64,000 nucleotides of DNA from Klebsormidium nitens (lineage: Eukaryota; Plantae; Klebsormidiophyceae): the NCBI GenBank assembly GCA_000708835.1, contig DF237139.1, positions 90,606-154,605 of the forward strand. The letters run 5' to 3'. Shown piece by piece: positions 12,321 to 36,100 of this stretch; position 1 is the first letter of the stretch; the number at the start of each line of letters is the position of its first letter. Made by a program: the position numbers and the translations under genes. The notes beneath the pieces were generated by a model. That model searched no databases. It was not told the DNA's origin and saw only the letters and a program-made list of their open reading frames with translations.

Positions 12321-14179
12321 ATAGATTGGTGTGTTGGACATGAGAGCAGTAAAATAAGGAGACGTTCAATCATGTTTGGGTTTGTGTTCTCGCCGTGGAT
12401 CTGCCTTTCGACTAACGGTAACAAGGTCATGAGAAAAGGGTGCGCATGAAGACGCCGTTGCCTGGTTGCGTCGTTATGTCGGGTAGGAACAGCTACTAAG
12501 ACACATATAACTTGGTACACTGTGTTGCATACTCATACCTGGTCGGCGAAGCTTGGGCCCCGGCCTAGGGGCTGAACACACGCACTCAAGATGCTCTAGC
12601 TTTTCGATGGAAAGTTCGATATCTCAGTGCACCTAGTTGAAGCCCAAGAATACAGTATACTGTCGAAATCAACAAATTTCGCGCGTAAGTTAGTAATCAA
12701 TTCCATATATGCGCAGCCGGTCCATAGCTTTCTCCATTCGGCGCAGCGGCCGCACAACATGCATATATATGCTGGCATGGCCATGCATACGCGCGCATAT
12801 CATTGCAATTCATGCGATTACTTTATTGCATGCCGCCAGTAGAGTGTCCAACGTGCAAAACGCATGTGCATACCCTGCTGATCGATGCCGGATAGGATTC
12901 CCTTTAGCCGCTATTGCGTATTTACGTCTTTTAGATGTTTAGCGTGCCTGCCAGCACTGCGGCATGTGTCAATTCAGCATGGTCATTGGATCTAGGGCTA
13001 CCTAGGCCTTTGGAGCAACGGCGAACGTATTTTCAGCAGCATACGTCTGGAGCTCAACTATGAGTCTGCCCGCAGTATGGTCAAGGATTGTACAAGGTCC
13101 GTGAGTTATGCACCCCATGTTGGGGTCGCGCCTGAGTTTTGCAAGACAATCTGCACACTAAGGACAGTTGGCTGAACAGGTGGCCGCCCGCAAGATGTCC
13201 ATGCGTCCTAGGAACATTCTTAGGCTTGCCCGGCTTGCGGCGGCCGCCAAAATTGGCGTACAGTCAAGAGTACAAGTTCTGCTTATTGAAACCCCGTTTG
13301 CCTGACATTACCACCTTCCTTTTCGCAGGAGTCGTCCGAAGGAGCGTTCTGACATCTGTTTGCCGACGTTTTAGCACAGCTCTACTCAAGCTCAGGCCAG
13401 CATCCTGCAGGCCCACAAATGTTCCAATCGTTGATAGGATCCGTCAATGCACCTGCAAAAAATTCAGAGAAACTTAATGAGGATTTCTGCCATCTGTAGC
13501 ACTCGGCAATGAAGCAGACATGCGGGGGGAGGCCGAAACTTGTCACACCCTGGTCAAAGGACCGCGACTCATTCTTAGAAGTAATGCATCATAGGACGAA
13601 GCCATCGAACTAACTCTTGAATTTAGTGTTAGGTTTTTTGTATAAGCTGCATCACATTTCTTTAAGATGAATATGATGCATAGTCAAACGCGTCGGAACA
13701 TATGAATTGAGGTACTGCCAGACGTTAAAGTGCATCTCTGTCACAACTCGCTTGTGGCCTCTGAACATCTATGAGAAAGTTTCAAAGCGCAGATTCGTGA
13801 AGGAAACGTCCGCAACGGGCCGGCCGTTGTTGCGCTTGCAATAACCGACTCGAAATAACCTCACTTTCCCAGTTTGTCGAGCGGGTTGACCTGCTTTCCT
13901 GCGGCTCTAGAATCTAGGTGTGCCACGGTACTAGATACAAAGTAGCCCGGGGGAAGCAAGCGCACAGTATGCAGCAAAAAGCGGCTGGAAGAAACTGCTC
14001 GGTTTCGACAAGGCCACACAAAAACAAATACCCGCAGGCGAACGAAGTTGCGATTCCGATGAATGCCTAGTCCGCATACGAGGGAGACTCTCCCGGAAAA
14101 CCAGTCTCCTTCTCCAAGATACCAGCTGACACTTTGCCAACAGCTTTGCTTGTGAGAGCGAAGGAGAATTCAACTTCAC

Positions 14180-17100
14180 CTGGCGAACATTGATGTTGAT
14201 GCGGGAACTCGCAATGTAGTCGGCAAACGGCCGGAAGTCAGTGTCGGCAGAGTCTCGCTGGATCGCTGGGGGCAGGTCGCTGTGAAGAGCGTCGGTAAAG
14301 ATACGGGGCACACCTGGAGAGGGGACGAGGGAATGAGCGATTTTAAAAGGGTGATCTGGAGATAAGGAGTAGAAAGGGCAATGAGAAAGGTGAATAGACT
14401 CCGCGGAGTCCACTAAATTTGTGCGAAGCAATGGCGCAGAGACCGCACGAGGTTGGAAGGAAGCAGGGGCCTAGGCGCCCGGCATGGCCCCCGGTATGAA
14501 GGGCGGCGTATTTGGCCTCCTTCTCGGGCCCTTTAAGCTTTTCGAGAATTCGCACCCAAAATGTTGTTCTTGACGGATTCTTGGATGCTTCCTGAGTATG
14601 GCCGAGAGTACAGCATGTCGCCGAAGACCGCAGGTTTCCCAATGACAGATTGCAGACTGAGATCTTGGGTGCAACTTTTAAGGGGCCGAGCTTGGGTGTT
14701 GCTCGGCAAATTGCCGGGTACATTCCTCCGTTGGCCTGCCCATGTTTAAATGGACCCCAAGGAGAATCCGTGTTTCTAACATGCGGGTTTTATCATCCAT
14801 CAACGCAATTGTGTGCTTCGATGCTTCTTAGAAGGATATGGACTTAAGCCTTGGCCTCGATGCTCTTTAGAGCTGCAGCAATGTTCTCATTTCCATGCCA
14901 GGACCAATGCCAGACAGTCCTCTTTTACGCTTTCAAGCTTGTAAACAATCAGACGCATCAGCAATTATGAGGCTTCCGCAGTCCCGTTCGGGTCCTCAAG
15001 GGGTCTCAGTGATCCTCCGAGCATGGTTGCCATTCGATTCAATTCATTCAAGTTGACCGAGGCCCTGTTCCAAATATGTAGATTCTGACGGTGAGATTGG
15101 GCGTACTGACCGTGGTAGCATCTTCGAGCAGGGCCCGCCATGAGAACCACGTCGCCGCTCCGCAGAAAGATGCCCGTCGGGGGAACGTCGCGTGTCTCGC
15201 CTCCGATCAGGAAGAGGGCTTTGCATCCCAAACTGTACCAAGCGGCAATGCCTCGGATTCAGGAAGATCGAAATCAGTATGTCCGCAGCGGACCGCGTCT
15301 GAATACACGCGGGCTCAAGCTGAATTACGGGCATGGCTTGAGAGCTTATCTTGATGCTCGAGCTTGTGTTGCTTTTCAGAAAAGGGGAGCAGAGACGATC
15401 AAAGAGGAGCGTTATTCTTTCTCCACTTGTATGGGTGCACAATCATGGGAAAAATTGCACTTCGCCGCGAAGTGACCAGTCCGCAAGAATGGTCACACTT
15501 TCTCAATTGGGTGGCGCTTACTCTCAACTTGAGACAAGCTTGACGAGAGTCGATCGAAGCAAACACACGTTCAGCTGGTACGAGTGGTGACATGCAGAAA
15601 ACGATTCGCGTCTGCTGCGAACCATTCCTGTCCGACCAAAAGAAAAAAACCTCCAGCAAAAATTTCCATCAGAAGACCTTTGAACCCATTTACCTTATGC
15701 TGACAATCGGCAGATCCATGTTCTCTTCCACGTCGTCCAAGTGCCCACTCAGCGCATCTGCCGGCCCGTAGTAGTTTACAATCGCCCCCTCCGCTCGAAA
15801 CTCCCTTCCCGGCCCCTCTTTCCTGCACTCCGCGAATTGACTTTCACTTTCTCTTTCCTGGAGGCCCTTTTTACTCTTCCGTCCCCAATCGCTCGTGTTC
15901 TCACTCTTCCGCCCCGCTTTACACTCCCCCCCCGGAGGCCCCTCCCCGATTTGTTGCCCCCCTTCTCTTCCAGTCTCACTTTCCAGATCCCCGTTACCTC
16001 TACTCTCCCTCTTCCGTTCTCCCACGCTCCCGCTTTCACTTTTCCACCCCCCCTCGCTTCTCTTCTCAGTCTTCTGCCTCTCTTCGCTCCCGTTCGCATC
16101 CTTCCGCCCCCGCACGTTTTCGTTTGCACTCTTTTGATCCCCTTCACTCGTACTCTCACTGTCCGGCCCACTTTCAATCCCGGTTTGACACTCTCCTTCC
16201 GAGCGTTCCAAATCCGGAGATCGAAGAGGTTGCTGAACAAAATTTGGATTTGAAACGCTCTGAACAGACAGGTGTCGCATAGCGGGGGCCGCCAGCCTGG
16301 CGGCCAAATCGGCCAGGTCAGCAGGGAACGGCGCATGTGGCAGGCTCTCATCGTAACTCCTAGACGACCAGTCGTATTGCAAACCCAGCGTAGCCCATCG
16401 GAGCTTCCGCAAGAGTTTTGCAGCCGAGGGGCGGCGTTTCAACATAGGATCAGTAATTTTGGAGGAGGATTCCGCTCTACCAGTGGTGCCTGGTCCTTCA
16501 ATCGCAGCGTCCAAATGCCCGTTTTGAAATGAGGCTCCTGCTTTTCTGCTTGAAGCGTGCACCGGTTCAGCTGAACAAGACGAGCCAGGATCCAGCGATT
16601 CCGCTTCCAACGTCAAAGACCGGCTTCCTGTGCCTTCCAGCTCTGTGGAACGAACCCCGTTCTCTGCCCTTCTATTCAGTCTTGAACAACCGCCGTTTGA
16701 AGCCGTTCCAGAGACTCGCTCTGCTTGTGCTTTCACAGACCGTACTGTGTTTGCATCAGCTTGAGACTTCAACTCTTTCTGTGCTAAGCCCCAGAGGCCC
16801 TTTACTGGACCGTACTCTGCATTGTGATTGGTGCGGTTTGGGGGCTCAGGAAAGACTTCCAGCGCTTGTTGGATCCAGTACTGTTGTTTGCAAACAGGGA
16901 TTGCACCAGGCACAAGGTAGAGACCTGCAGAATCAATCACACGTTTGATGAACTTGCGAACTTGGCTGTAAGCTTGAAATCTATGTGAGCTCTATGATGG
17001 GGTTGATTCTCACGACTCAATCTGTTCTAACTTGGGCGTTTGAACATAGACGGTTGCACTGGAAGTGATGCGTAGCTGTTCCAACGACTGTGAACGGACC

Positions 17101-17597
17101 AACTGTAGAATCTGAACGAGTGCGCTTCATTGTTGCAGTGGCAGGGGCTAAGAAGAGCAGCTGAGAGCTAAGAGGTAGGTGCTATGCCTGTTTAAATTGG
17201 GAGGAGTTGACAAGGGCATGCAAATGCAGAGCGCTGAGTATGGTGTACCTACTCAAGCAGGGCAAGAAGCGCCGCCAGTCAAAGAGCGATTGAGAGACCA
17301 AACCACTTGCACCTTACCTGGATGCGAATGCAGGATGTACGTGGGACGGTTACATCCACTCTCCAACCTCTGCGCACCTCTTTCTTCAGCATAGGCGCCA
17401 TCTTCCTGGATGCGATTCAGGTCAATCACGCCTGACAAGTCCACCTCCTGCTTCGTTTTCCTGCTGCCTTTACCACTTTCACCGCTTTTGGGATTCCGCT
17501 CAGTGTACAGCTTGTACAGCTTCTCAGCTTTGCGGAAGGCGGTGCGGCCGTCTGCGTTGTCGGAGGCCTGCTCGTAGCCCATTGCCCCTCTCCCCAT
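14180..17597 (-). CDS. ALKBH1: ALKBH1-like Fe(II)/2-oxoglutarate dioxygenase. Exons: 17597-17318, 16924-15694, 15232-15111, 14313-~14180 (final codons uncertain)
   Basis: AFRKAEKLYK, LRKLRWATLGLQYDW, GAIVNYY..LSGHLDD (HxD), SLGCKALFLIGG..FLRSGDVVLMAG..CYHGVPRIF (distal His) and SRININVRQV. Splice phases consistent. Confidence 0.92.
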
Positions 17598-18551
17598 TTC
17601 AAAAGCTAGGTGCAACCAGCAGACTTCACAGAAGCGGAAGCAAAGGCATTCTGTCTGGCTCGAGGAGAGTGCTAGTTGGACAAGGATTTGAGCGCTTCAG
17701 AGACCCGTCCTGCTCACTGCTTTGCTAGTTTTGTCAGGGCAGCTAGCTGCACTGTAGCAGTAGTACTAGTACCAGAACATGAATCTGATACATCATGCAG
17801 TCTAACTGCAGATGACAAGAAGCTCCACCCATGCAGGAAGCTGGACTGTGTGAATACTTTACCAATCTGCCGTCTTCCCAAGGCCGTCGGTTGGTTTGAT
17901 ATTACCACGGCAATATTAAATAGACTCACTTGGACTTCACCGGGCTTGCCAAGGAACGGCACTCTTCACCAGTTTGGAGACGGTTCTTACCGCAGGCTCT
18001 GTCTGCGAGAATTCGCACTTTTGGATGTGCTGCTGGAAAAAAATGACAAATTTGAAGAAGAAAGACGCTTCTTTCCATGTAAGATAGCGCCCATCCAACG
18101 TAATTCTATTACAATTTACAGCCGGGAGGTTTGTCTCCATTTTCATCTGCTAGAAACGTAGCAGTCGGAAGATTGCAAGGATTCTGAGGTGTAAAGGGCA
18201 CGTCTTTGTTGAGGAACCTCGCAGGAATGCTGCCTCTCTTCGGTTCCCTCCAGCTGCAAGAAGGAAGCTTTTCTCTTCTTTCCGAAATCCTTTGCACTGG
18301 CAGCAAGCGCAAAGCTGGAATCAAGTAACCGGCAGAGATGACATCTTGACAGTCTGGAATAAGAGAAGTTGAGGCACAGAGGACAGGTCTTGTTGAGCCA
18401 CAGCAGGATTGCTGCACCAGTTTGCCTTCTCCCTTTTAAGCACAATAGCTTTCCTCAAAGCCTCCGCACTGGCAGCAGGCCCAACGTAGGTTTAAATGCT
18501 TATGATGAGCCGGCAGAGGTGACATCAGCGGTGACATAAGAGGTTGACATC

Positions 18552-20435
18552 ATGAGTATGTTCCAGGCTCTGAGGCCCTTGGCTAAAGAGATGCTAGAGA
18601 GGGCGGGGGTGGTGGTCCAGTTTGGATCGTTCATTTACTGCTTCGGCACCTATGTGATGGATGTGACCACAGTAAGCTGTCAGTTCTTTGCTTCTCGAGC
18701 TAACAAACCAGCAGTTTTGAGAACGGGAGAATTGGAAGATTCCAGGTCATGACTATGAGGGTTGCTGGAATAGATTGACCCGTCAAGCTGCTGACTAGGG
18801 CCTAGTAAGAGAAGGTTAACCATTTTGTTGAAAAGCAGGTGGGATGCTTCCGTTTCGTGGACTTTACTTCGTATCCAGATGCAGTTCTTGCCCTAGCTTT
18901 TCAAGGTTCGCAGATCTGGCACTTCAACATTCTCAGCAAAGCCCTTTTCAGACCAGGAACTTCAGTTGCGCAAAATTGTCCAATGAAAAATAGCAACCGT
19001 ATCATCAATCAGCAAAGTCATGGTCCTTCCCTGCTTTGCGCAGTGTGTCGGCCCCAGCATGCTTCCAAGCTTCAACGCGGAAGGAAACATCATTTTTGTC
19101 GAGCACATCTCCCCCCGGTTGGGCCGGCTGAAAGCGGGAGACGTCGTGACGGCGCAGTCCCCCAGGAATCCAAACGCGGTCATCTGCAAACGGATACTGG
19201 GGCTAGAGGGGGATCGGATACGGGTGCCGCCTACGATGCCTCGTGATAGTATACGATTAGTGACAGTGAGTTCTGAATGGAAGTTTTCTCTCAGTTGTTC
19301 GGTGGCATGCGTGCTGCTCTGCTTCTAAACTCGGAGTATTTTGGTGGAGCTTTTAACGCACTCAATTGTGAGAGCCCAAGTTCAACAATGAATCGACTCA
19401 AATGCAGCGCCCTTGCAGAAGGATGCTCGAGGGCCAGTGTTTGGTGGTTAGTGTTAAGCCCGTCAACTTTGACAGCATGCCCAGGAAGTCACGGAGTCTT
19501 CTCAAATGCTGTCGCCTTCCCAGCAGGATTACGACAGCTTTAAGAGTTGCAACCGGGACGCCTACGCATTTCCAAATTTGCACCTAAAAGCACGTCTTTT
19601 TACTGATTGTCGTTTCACGAGTGAGGAGGCTTTATGAACGGCTCAATTCCCGACTTCCTTTTGTTCTACAAAGAAAGATCTGAACAGAAGTAAGCTTGTC
19701 GAGACATAGTTTCGGGTTTTGGAGGAAAGCAGAAGCGAATTTCACAAACCGTACTTTTCCGCAGGTTCCGAAAGGCCACGTCTGGTTACAGGGCGATAAC
19801 CAGTTTGTGTCTCGAGACAGTCGCGAGTACGGGCCAGTCCCCGCCGCTCTCGTGAAGGGGAAAGTTGTTTTCAAGGTGAGGTTGTCTGGTGGGGGAAAGT
19901 ACGTTTTACTCAATGTTTTGCGGTTGCCAACTTAATGCCTATCCATTTTGAAACTCTTGTGCACACGATTGGATTTGACTTATGAAAAGGTAGTTTAAGG
20001 GGGCCAGAGTCATGATCCGGATGCTTAACCCAATTTTAGGAGCTGGGACGATCAGCCAGACAATGGTCTGCTTCGCTATGTTGTTTCCATTGAGCTCCTG
20101 CGGTGTGTCTGCGCTTCGCGAGACGAACGGAGCATTGGCAAAAAGCTACTTGAGCTTTTGATGGGGCTATTTAATGACAAGCCGCTTGCGCCTAAAGACT
20201 CTTTAGAACTCAAGACCTGATTGTCGTGAGATTTCTTTACTGCGGTCGAATGAAGCACACTTGTCAATGCAACGAGAGGGTTGCCGACTAGGAGCGAATC
20301 AACACATTGAAGACGGAATCCAAGAGGACCTTCTGTTCATTTCAGGCGACAACATAAGATTTGACTATGGTTCTTGCTGCTTTGCAGATCTGGCCACCAT
20401 CGCAATTTGGTCACGTGGAGTCACGAATACCTTGA
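18552..20435 (+). CDS. IMP1: Mitochondrial inner membrane protease subunit 1 (S26 peptidase), 166 aa. Exons: 18552-18671, 19044-19265, 19765-19875, 20388-20435
   Basis: Ser-Lys dyad motifs CVGPSMLP and [12 protein letters not shown], plus [23 protein letters not shown] and terminal IWPP. All introns phase 0. Confidence 0.93.
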
Positions 20436-20880
20436 CGATTCGTCATTGGCTGTTGACCATACAGTCAAATAGGTTTTCTCAGAGCCGTTTCGTGGTTCTG
20501 CAAAAACTGAGCCGTCTTTATCAGAAGCAAGCCTGTACTAGGACAGCGGCCCGATCTACGTTGGCGTCATGCAAATCGTCAACAGCAAGATGCGGTTCGG
20601 ATTGTCAGTCGTTCATTCAGGACACGTCAGCTTCGTGTTTTTTAATGCCAGGCTGATGGTGCACTCACAGTTATATATCCACAATTTGAAAACTTGAATG
20701 CCATGCAAACAAATAGCATGTTGAAAGTACTCATCATTACCATGTATGCGAAGGCCGATATCATCAATAACTAGAGTCTCGATCCGCTAAGTTGATTATA
20801 TAATGTCCAGATCCGACCAACCGGCGGCATGCCATATGGCACATAATGCGAGTGTCAGATTCTTATGTTCCGCCGGAAAT

Positions 20881-20970
20881 TGTGTAGTCTTACCCCGCGG
20901 GCCGATCGGACATTTGCCAGTTCAATGTGTAGTCTTACCCCGCGGACCGATCGGACATTTGCCAGTTCAA
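20881..20970. repeat. 45-bp direct tandem repeat x2
   Basis: tgtgtagtcttaccccgcgg(g/a)ccgatcggacatttgccagttcaa occurs twice with one mismatch. Confidence 0.9.
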
Positions 20971-21336
20971 TACACCACCGGAGAAGGCCCGTACCTGGGC
21001 GGACCCGATAAGCCCATCAGCTGTCCTGCATGTGTTTACTAGCTTGTGCATGCGTGATAATTTCGGTTGCATATGGCCATTGAGGTTGTGCCGAATGCAT
21101 GCATGCGAAAGAGAACTACGTCGAGTCCGGAAAGCGGTCGGACATCATATGTTGATTCACCAGATTTATCTAACATGACTCAATGGTCGGACGCACTTCT
21201 TAGTTATATGCTTAAGCGGGTCAGTCTCAGTCTGACATTGACATATTAACCCGACCCTCCGACGGCAGCTTGCATAGTCCCCTGCACCTCTGCCTAAGTC
21301 ATCATCACGTATTGACAATATCTATTCCGACGCTCC

Positions 21337-31978
<10,642 letters not shown>

Positions 31979-33137
31979 GATTGCTGGCGGTCAAAGGTGC
32001 GATTTCTTACTGCAAGTTCACACCTTGAAAAACATCCACCACAGTGCTCCACCCCGAATGCCCAAACTGTCTCCACACACGTCCCTTTCTCCTTAAAGAG
32101 CTGGGCAGCCGCAACAGCGGTGCTCGTCTTGATGCGAGTGAAGCCAAGCCTCTTCTCTCGAGTTCTTTCTTGAAAGCAAAGCTCAGCTCACGGCTCTTGA
32201 AAGCATGGCGTGGCCGTCCCAAAGCCCACACAGGGTAGATGCAAGCGAGAGACATGAATTCAGTGTCGTCGAAAGGATCCAGTGCTCGGAATGCATTCAT
32301 CGCTTCGACGAGAAATCTATGTTTTACCTTCTAGAATAATCCGAGCTCGCGGGAAACGCGGCCGCGCTGGGTTGCGTACCCCTTCCGACAAGACACGTGC
32401 TTGCACGCGCTTCATAAGCGATGGATATAGCGGGCGGCCGCGGTCATCTCGGGGGGGCCCCCGCCCGCGCGGCCCCTCACCCTAAAACCCGAAACCCCCG
32501 GCCAGTGCATGATGATGCACGCGCGGCCGGGCCGCGGCGCATATATATGCTGATCAAGTAGCTAGTAGCGTCCATTTCTTTTCAGGCCGGCGATATGGTA
32601 ATAAGTCCGTCATGCATCGATCATGGTTTCTTTCAATGATCGACCATGCATTGTAACGGAACTCAATGGGAGCAACTTCAGGTTATTAGATCGCATGTCA
32701 TCTCATTATAAGGATATATTGGCATACATACGGTTCTACAGCTTATTGTATTTTCATCAATGAGGATCAACATCATGGCAATATTTGAACAAGTTCACCA
32801 ATCACCCAATGCGTACAGTGCACCAAATACAGAGAGAGCATGTGCAAAAGGGTGTCAGAGAACTCATGCCACAGCACGTTAAAAATGGTAAGGGACACCT
32901 ATCAAACCCTCTCAGTTTGTATTTGTATTGTCGCATGCACGATTGTGCAGCCTCGGAACATCCTTCGGCTACTCGAATCCTTTTTTCTCTCCGATTTTGT
33001 ACACGTATGCTCGTGGGTTTTGACACGCTATGAGTGAGTCTATGAATCTAGAGGTATCCTTCATAACCACCAGAAGACCTCCAAGACGTGGTCACAACGA
33101 TGCCTCCCAATGCCAAAACTGTACTACCTGAGTCAAG

Positions 33138-36100
33138 CTAACCTCTTCGGTACTCGTCACCGCAGTCCCCTATCACTCGCGTAAGATCCTTTCCCCTCTG
33201 AAGAACAGAGTCGATCCGACCTCTATCTTCCTCATCCAAAGTGAGGGGAAAGACTTTCCTATTCTCCTTGATGTGCTCCGACAGTCCTAGCCTCACACCA
33301 ACCATAGAACCAGCAACAGCCGGCTGCAAAAGAAAGTGAGAACATCTCGAATGATGAGTTCGCAAGACCGCAGTGCGATCACTTGGACTTGGCGTCCACG
33401 TCAAAGTGCATTCGGAGGTAGAGCATTGGCTGACCCAAATAAAGTCAAGGCCAGATCACTTCACAGCTGAAGGGGTTCAGGGAAGGAAACGTCTCCTTGA
33501 GAGAGGATATCCCGACAGACTGCACACTGCACGGCTAAACCGCTTTCATGTTTTCCATTGACCAACATGTAACGTTGAGCGTTTTGAAAGTAAGAATTGC
33601 CGATGTCGGTCATCAAGTGCGCGCTCGTCGTCTTGATGAACCCGTCAAAGCAGAGAGGTTCAGCTTGACGGGGCTGCCAAATGGTCCAACCATGTGGGCG
33701 GATTCGCTTAGCACTCACTTGATCCAAGATGTACTTCATGGCAACGAGCGGAATGGTGACCTCATGCTTCTCCGCAACCCTCTTCGTCTCCCGCAGCAGT
33801 TCCTGGAACAGCTCCCACCCGCCCCACGCGTCGACCATCTGGAGCCGACCAAGGGAGCGCTAATGAAGACAACTAAGTGAAGACACAACGCTAAAAATCA
33901 TCGAATCCGCAGGAACAGTCAGGCGCACCGGATCGCTGAAGCAAGAAACGAGCAAAAGAAGCCTGTCGGTCTTCAGAAGTCGCGCTGATTCGCTAGTCAA
34001 TACGTCCGACCGCTCCCGTAATGACGGCGCAAACGAAGGACAACACAAGTACGTAACAGTTGCAAGCTTGTTGGATGTTCATTGGCCAATGCGTGCTCAC
34101 CCGCTTGTACTTGTTCAGTGAGGGCGTGTCGAGAGGGGGGCCGCCGAACATGCTGCTGGGGTCTCGAGTATGGAGGTACTTTTCGCTCAGAAGTCCCCCC
34201 ATAACGGTGCCGTACCTGCGGCAAAGCGAACCGCTTATGACTGGCGTCGTACCTGAACGAATGCAACCCTGTCCGTTCAAGTTATTGTTGAGAGTCACAT
34301 GTTTCTGCAAGTCCTGGCAGTTTCGATTCTCTTGCTGTCAACGCTCACTTTTCTTTCCGGCAATGCGCTCCATCGCTGCCGCGCGCATTACGGCTCCTCA
34401 AAGAGAATATGATTTCCTCGCAAACGCTTTCAAGAGAAGGAAGGCAAGCTATCAAATCACGACGTCTTGGGTGCCTCACTACAGCCAGGGTTGATTCTAG
34501 TCATCGAACCACGACTCAAAATCACTCACGTGATCAGCTTGACCCCAGTGATCTCGCACAGCTTGGCCATCTCGCCCTGGGGGCGCATGTCCACCAACGA
34601 GTGCTGAACCTGCATAAGGTGACGGAAACCGGCAGTGTGAAAAGTTTCTACAAGTGACAGCAAGGCGTGCTCATAAAGATACCGGAAAAGGGTGTGGAGC
34701 CAGTGAGTATCCTCTGGGAATGAAAGTGCATCAGTAATCTAAAGTTCAGCAAGAAAGCTGTGCCGTCATCTTCCGGAAAACCGGTTGGCTCGTGCTCCAG
34801 AAAAAGTGCTGTTCCTTGAAAGGCATCTGTTAAACGGGCCAAGAGGGCTCACCTGATTGCTCGCAATGGGGATGCCTGCCTCGAGTATGGTCTGCAGCCT
34901 TTTCGTGTCGAAGTTGGTCAGCGACAGCACCTTGATCTTTCCTGTGGAAAGCGAAGGACGATGCGGCTCAGTTTTAGAGCGGAACGGCTGAAATCGGCGC
35001 AAAAGTATCCACAACAAATGGACGCAACCATACTCCAGTCCGCGGTTCAATGTCACGTGACGGACCAGAACCACACGAGGCGAGCGAATGTAACCGAGTT
35101 CAGATGGTGAGCCATAGGACAAAAGCAAAGGAACCGTCCGGACTTTGTACAGAAAGTCAAAAGATTAGCATCAGCAAACCATCGTCCCGACTACCAAGCC
35201 GGACAAGGTAGGCCAACCCCGAAGCCCTTAATCTTGAACGGAATGCGTTTTCTGGGACCAGAGAGTCACGAATTTGGAGCACCGTTTTACCCTCTTCTTT
35301 GAGATCCGTCATATGCTTCAAGGCGTCAAGATAACCTTTGTCCTCGTACTCCCACCTGCGAAGAGAGAGTCCTTTCGCTCAAACAGCACCAAGATCGCTG
35401 CATAGGCAATGTCACCGGCTATGTCAGAAGAAGGTAAGAGCTTGTAGCTTGTTGCATCGGGCGATCTTTTGCAGCCTTGAAGCAGACGAAAACGAAAGCA
35501 GAGTTGAACAAGCTGGCACGACTAAGGAAAAAGGAACTTGGCCGACAAAACGGATCGAAGGAACGCTCCTTCAACAAACAGAAGGGAACGGCAAATCAGG
35601 CGTCGATTCACTCGTAATGCTTCCTTGGGGTGACTGAAGGACATCTCTAAGTTCTGCCTTTGAATTACGAACTGGAAAGAGACAGCAATTTGCGTGGCAG
35701 CTTCCAAATGATCGAAGCATCATGTGGATTGTTTGTTCCTTGAGTAGACCAAGAGTCGAGCACATGTGGCCAAAAATAAAACCAAGCAATCCGATCTAGC
35801 ACAGACAAGACTGATCATAAAAGGTAAACATATCCACAGAGGAAGAAGCCAGCATCAGTGTAGACGTACCAATGAAACTGCATCATGTCGAGACAGGCGA
35901 CATCCATCCGCCGGCGGCTCTTGTCAACGTTTTCCTCCACGACTTGGCGCGTCATCTTGCCAGGCATGGGCACCCATTTCGTCAGCCTGCAGGGTTAACA
36001 AAGTCTTTTGTTTCTCTATGCATCCATTATGTAGGTATTGAGCTCCATTCGATCGCAGTTGCGACGCCTGCGGCGACAAAGCAGCCCCAAGACAGGTGGG

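Noticed and set aside
13139-13477. Possible small gene or F-box-like fragment
   Set aside because: No convincing motif or consistent exon chain.
15741-16351. Overlapping ORFs in the purine/pyrimidine-skewed ALKBH1 segment
   Set aside because: Low-complexity sequence lacks stops in several frames; only the ALKBH1 frame connects to conserved motifs.
32326-32340. Heat-shock element upstream of mtHsp70 (TTCtaGAA)
   Set aside because: Only two nGAAn units; common by chance.
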